Source: Epithemia pelagica (lineage: Eukaryota; Protista; Bacillariophyta). From it: 64,000 nt of DNA. The DNA is taken from positions 2,790,001 through 2,854,000 of the forward strand of contig OX337236.1 of the NCBI GenBank assembly GCA_946965045.2, written 5' to 3'. The position numbers and the translations under genes were made by a program. The notes under the pieces were generated by a model. That model was not told the DNA's origin and ran no database searches. It saw only the letters and a program-made list of their open reading frames with translations. Shown here piece by piece: positions 58,988 to 64,000 of the stretch (position 1 is its first letter; the number at the start of each line of letters is the position of its first letter).

Positions 58988-60715
58988 ATGGCCGCCACCA
59001 GCAGTGAGTGTGAGTCGTCGTCGTCATTATCACCACGGAAATGGCCCGTCGTACGACCACGTCCCGTCCGGTACGACGATCCGTGGCTCTGGAAGAATCG
59101 CAAGACGACGACGAACCATGATCATCGATCGGCGGCGGAGGACGACCACACTGGCACTCACGAAACGGAACCAACCACCACCACAACCACACCATCGTCG
59201 TCGTCGCCAGTGTCGTGGACCTTTCACTTGTCGTGTGATCCAGAGTACAAGGACGACGAGACCACCTGTACGACTACCCACCCTGTAGAAACAAGCACAG
59301 CAGCAACATCAGAAAACCAAACCAATGAATCCGACCAGGACGAATCCGACGACAACCACAACAACGAATCCGACAACGAAAACGACGACCGTTCGGTGCA
59401 CGACGTTCCATTGGACCAGATGGACTTTTTTCAACGCCATGGCTTTGTGGTATTTCCTCGCGTCTTGTCTCCCTCCCTCGTGCAGGCCTTGCACGAGGAA
59501 TTTCATCAAGTCGTTCATCACCGTCACTACAATCGAACGTGTCCGCCCGACAAACTGCCACCGCCTGGAGTAGCAGCAGTACCAACCGCCACCACCACCA
59601 ACTCAAACAACAAGAACAAGAACAACAAAAAGAACAACAAGAAGAAGAACAACCATACTAACAACCACAACCACAACAACAAGGTCATTCAAGTGATTAA
59701 TTTGCACAAGGCCAATCACTTGTTTCGTCGGGTGGCAACCTGTCCTCGATTGGGACACGTGGTGGCACAAGTGGCGGGTTGGACCACAAACAAAACCACA
59801 ACGACCACAACGACAAGCGTCGGAACGCGCTTGGCCCAAGATCAACTCTGGTCCAAACCACCGCACTCACGACCCTTGGCCTATCATCAAGATGCGCCCT
59901 ATTTCATGTTTGACACGACGAGACAATCACCCACGAATTCTACAAATCCTACTACTACGACTACGAATCCAAGGAAGCCCCTCTCTACGAACAGCGACCA
60001 CAACGACCACAAACCAACGCCGACGACTCCACCACCTCGACAACCCATTGTCACGGTCTGGGTTGCCTTGCACGACATGACGGCCGAGGTGGGACCCTTG
60101 CACTATGTCGCGGGCAGTCATGCATGGCAGCAGCCGACGGGTCACGAAAAGGGCACGCGTCACTTTTTTGCCAACAATAACGATCAAAATGGATGGGCCT
60201 TGGTTCAAGCCGCTCATGATCAACACGTGCAGTGGCAACACGAACAAGAACAACAGAAACAACAACATGAAAAAGATCCTTCGACAAACGAAACGGCACA
60301 GCCTACGACAACCACACCAACGATCCTGGATGTGCCCGTCGTGTCTCTCACGGATTTGCCCGCGGGCAGTATCGCCATTCACGACGGTCATACCTGGCAT
60401 GGGTCCACCGCCAATGCTTCCGACGATCAATGGCGCCATGGATGGGGCTTGCACATGATACCCCTGCATCACGTGTGTGGCTTTCATGCCACGGCCCAGT
60501 ACAGTCGCTTGTGGAAGCCCTACTATCAACGACAAGAACAAGAACAAGAACGACAACAAGAACGACAAGAACGACAGCAAGAACACGAACGACCAGATCC
60601 ATTCACCGACTCGAGCAATCAGTCTTCTTCACCAACGACAACCACCATGGTGAATGGTTTGGATCTTGAGGACTTTCCCATTGCGTGGCAATCCACCACC
60701 ACTACTACTAGGTAG
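58988..60715 (+). CDS. Phytanoyl-CoA dioxygenase (PhyH) family Fe(II)/2OG oxygenase, 575 aa
   Basis: FFQRHGFVV, QDQLWSKPP...YHQD (HxD), VTVWVAL.D....GPL.YV.GSH, GSIAIHDGHTWHGS..N. Confidence 0.92.
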   Translation: MAATSSECESSSSLSPRKWPVVRPRPVRYDDPWLWKNRKTTTNHDHRSAAEDDHTGTHETEPTTTTTTPSSSSPVSWTFHLSCDPEYKDDETTCTTTHPVETSTAATSENQTNESDQDESDDNHNNESDNENDDRSVHDVPLDQMDFFQRHGFVVFPRVLSPSLVQALHEEFHQVVHHRHYNRTCPPDKLPPPGVAAVPTATTTNSNNKNKNNKKNNKKKNNHTNNHNHNNKVIQVINLHKANHLFRRVATCPRLGHVVAQVAGWTTNKTTTTTTTSVGTRLAQDQLWSKPPHSRPLAYHQDAPYFMFDTTRQSPTNSTNPTTTTTNPRKPLSTNSDHNDHKPTPTTPPPRQPIVTVWVALHDMTAEVGPLHYVAGSHAWQQPTGHEKGTRHFFANNNDQNGWALVQAAHDQHVQWQHEQEQQKQQHEKDPSTNETAQPTTTTPTILDVPVVSLTDLPAGSIAIHDGHTWHGSTANASDDQWRHGWGLHMIPLHHVCGFHATAQYSRLWKPYYQRQEQEQERQQERQERQQEHERPDPFTDSSNQSSSPTTTTMVNGLDLEDFPIAWQSTTTTTR

Positions 60716-61518
60716 TACCAGTGTTGTGTATGACACGGACAGGATCATGGTCTGTGGGAAGGACAGCGAGCGACACACAAGAAACCACCACACCAGGAGA
60801 GCCTGTGACGTTGGAGACCATGTGTATCTGGGAACCATGGATTCGGCTCTTGTCGTGTATTCGATCGACAATTATTCCTCGTTTTCCGTTCTCCCCGGGG
60901 GTTCTCTCAAATGGCGCTCTCTTCTTCTTACCGAGACGGGGGTATTGTGTCCACCCCACGATTGGCATTCGTAGGGACTGACTACCTAGGTACTCCTAGA
61001 AAAAGTGACATTTGTCGTGGGAGCGCGAGGATGGGGATGTGTGAACTCTCTCTCTCTCTTGATCTCCAGTTTCTACGCGGAGTCCGCAGGTGTTTCCAGA
61101 ATTTGTGGGGGGAGAAACGGAGAGAGACAGCGGCTGCGAGAACATCTCTCATGGATACACGACCTGTATCAATATATCAATGCTTTAAGAGTGCGAACAT
61201 GCAACCTACTCCTATATTCGAGCAGAGAGGTGATTGAGGATGGTTTTTGAGTCAGGTCACGAGTTCCGATGATTTTCACACTCTCTAGCGGGTGGGAGAA
61301 CAAAATTTTAACGGGACTGTATAAAGGTTCAAGGGTTTTCTATCCACTTATTCGTGACTGGAATAAGCAGTATCGCTGGAGATTATTCGTGTCACACAGT
61401 AATGGAAAAAGTTTCGTCCAAATGACTCCTTTTTTCGTGGAGACGAGGTCCAATCCATCCTAATAAAAGAAAACACAACATTGCATCCCTTTCCAGACTC
61501 TCTTCCTTACTACTACTC

Positions 61519-62655
61519 ATGTACAAAGCAGCAATCCATGGTGCACATGGTAGAAGTAATGACTTTGACGACGGAGATGGCACTGGCGTCCCTCCAATGA
61601 CGACGACGACGAACACAACACCCAGGCGCACTCCTCCGTTTCTGTTGCATCGTCGCAGGAATGGTAGAAAAATGGGTGGCATTGTGTGGTGGTTGTTTAG
61701 TGGTGTAGTACTCCTGGTAGCATGTACCGTATTGCAAGGATCCTTGTTCCTGTCGATCCATACCAGCCTTGGTGGAGGATTCGTGGTGGACCAACAAACG
61801 ATTATGAGCGCGTGGTTCGCATCCTCGCCAGAAGGCCTCTTTGGATTCCCAAACAACACGACGGCTGCGGTCGTCGAACCGACGATTCCAAGCCAAAACA
61901 AAACCACATCAGTCTCCTCCTCTCATCATGGACCCCTGCTATTGCTCGAGAGATGGTCCTCCTTGATGTCATTGTGGTCGAAACAATCGTCGTCCTTGTC
62001 CTTTGCCTCGGCGACCGAGTGTCGCCTAATGATGGACACCAAGGTCCAAAATCCCATGATTGCTCATTGGATTCGTCACAAGGTCCCCTCCTTGGAACAC
62101 GTTCTTTCCTTGCCTCCACCCCGTTCCACCAATAAAGGTTCCACGACATTCACGGCAAACAACAACCACACGGACCAGAAATTGTACATGTTGTTCAATC
62201 TCTTGCCCAGTACCAACCGAACCGCGTTCCAATCTCCTTGGTATTGTGGTGCTCTGGCCGCCGTCCAAGGAGGAATGGACGACAACATTGGGGACACTGT
62301 ATCCACGACCATGGCTGTTACACCAGCAGAGGATTCTTCCTCCTCCTTGGTCGTTCGAGCGACTCGTGTGGCGATTCGGGGAGGAATCTTGGTCCTCTCC
62401 TGTCCAGTCACGCTGACAGCAACCCAGAACGAAACCAACGACAACAACAGCCACCAGGCGACTCCCCTTCCCGTGACTCATGTATGGTCCTCGTCCCTCA
62501 TACCCTCTCCACATGGGACCGTCATTCCACTGTACGATTTACGATTGCATCAAACCTGTCACGAATTGGAGGTACAAGAGTATCAGGACTTGTATCCGTC
62601 ATCATCATCATCCATAGCAACTCGGCAGGTTGGTACCCCAGTCTCCAACCGTTCC

Positions 62656-62686
<31 letters not shown>

Positions 62687-63765
62687 GAACAACAACAAGC
62701 GCCACGACCGAGTCACGCAATACTTCGACTACTACTACTACGACTCGTAGTACAAATCCTCAAGTGGGTGCCTGTCTCATTACACGAGGCGACAAGAGTC
62801 GTCGAGCCTTGCACGAATGGCTCATTTACCACCGCTTGTTGGGCATTCATCACGTTTGGATTTATCTCAATGAACCATGGAATCTGACCCATGCCACACC
62901 CACAACCACAGCATCATCCTCCTCCTCCTCCTCCTTGCCCAATCTCCCCTATGTCACGTATATACCCTACAATTACTGGTATCGCAATTTTGTACCATCT
63001 GACAATGGAATCCTGATTCGATGGCAAGTTCCCATGCAAATGACATGTCTCTGGAATGCCAAACGACTCGGTTTGGATTGGATCATGACGACCGATACCG
63101 ACGAATTTCTCGATGTCACCAATATTGTTCCCAAAGACCCATTGGACAAACCCCATCCGTCTGCCAACAACACCAAAACCGCCCAACAGGAGAACCAGCA
63201 GCACCATCCATTGCCAGGAGTATCCTCCAACGACACTACCAAAGCTGACGACAGCCATACGACTCACCATGAGTCACCAATACCGCCATTGCTTGAGTTC
63301 CTTGGCCGATACAATCCGCACCGTGTCGGTGCCTTGCAAATGATGAGTGTTCCCTACGGGCGTCATCGTCTTTTGGAACCCGAACCCAACAAACGCAACC
63401 AGTCATTATCGTCGTCGTTGCAAATGGATCAAGTGTGGCGGAATCGAAAATTGTGGCATACCAAATGGAATCGGCTCAAATTACTCTACAGTGTCCCCAA
63501 TGCCCTGGCCGTCAATGTCCATGCCTTGCTGGAATGTCACACGCGCCAACATGAAGCGTGTCCCATTCATCGATTGGATCCCACGAGTTCCATCTATTTG
63601 CGCCATTATCGACGGGGAGGCATGGCGACGACGGGAATCATGTTCAATCCCGATTTCAAACACTTGGTGGCCGATCGGCAATTGCCCCAACACTATCGGA
63701 CGGCCGTGTTGGAGGAATTGCACAAGACGACAATGACGACGGACAACCCACCAGTCGCATCGTAG
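61519..63765 (+). CDS. GT92/DUF23-like type II membrane glycosyltransferase, 748 aa
   Basis: N-terminal TM. VGACLI...LHEWLIYHRLLGIHHVWIYLN and Q..C...AK....DWIMTTDTDEF (DxD motif). Confidence 0.85.
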
Positions 63766-64000
63766 TCACCACCCACCACACGCACGCACACACATCAAGT
63801 GGTTTCTTTCGTGATGGACCATGCACAAACCAAAACAGGTTTCGTTGTGTGGTTAAAGTAGGATTACCTTGTTTATTCAGTATGTGCATTATCTATAGCG
63901 ATTCTCTCGAGACTATATATACAGAGATTCTCGTTTCTCTTTTGTTCTTCTTGGCGGGAGGCTTGCTTGAGCAATCTGTGCGGCCCAAATCCGTGAGGGA

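Overview
Eukaryotic, intron-poor, microsatellite-rich DNA. It is most likely from a pennate diatom, inferred from the CoDi-type copia element, the diatom-style TM+LRR protein and the expanded Golgi glycosyltransferase and Kelch families. Contents from left to right: (1) 0.8-8 kb: a decayed Ty1/copia retrotransposon with near-identical LTRs, beside a second gag remnant. (2) 8-15 kb: a split exostosin/GT47-like gene and an F-box-like/Tubby gene. (3) 16.4-35.6 kb: one uninterrupted 19.1-kb ORF for a 6379-aa predicted type II membrane protein. It has about 50 copies of a ~48-aa W[LIV]R helical repeat, 45 copies of a 43-aa WDWxRxRP repeat in nine ordered pentamers, one TM helix and a small C-terminal LRR ectodomain. 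(4) 39-64 kb: a dynamic region rich in glycan enzymes (sulfotransferase, GT47, truncated DUF707-like, GT61 pseudogene, second GT47-like, GT92), mixed with three Kelch-only paralogues, an Aat-like aminoacyl-transferase and a PhyH dioxygenase. Two of the Kelch genes lie in a 2.2-kb near-identical duplication and differ mainly in one ~190-bp patch. The giant repeat-rod LRR protein is the best candidate for an undescribed system. All family calls rest on motif recognition by eye; no searches were run.
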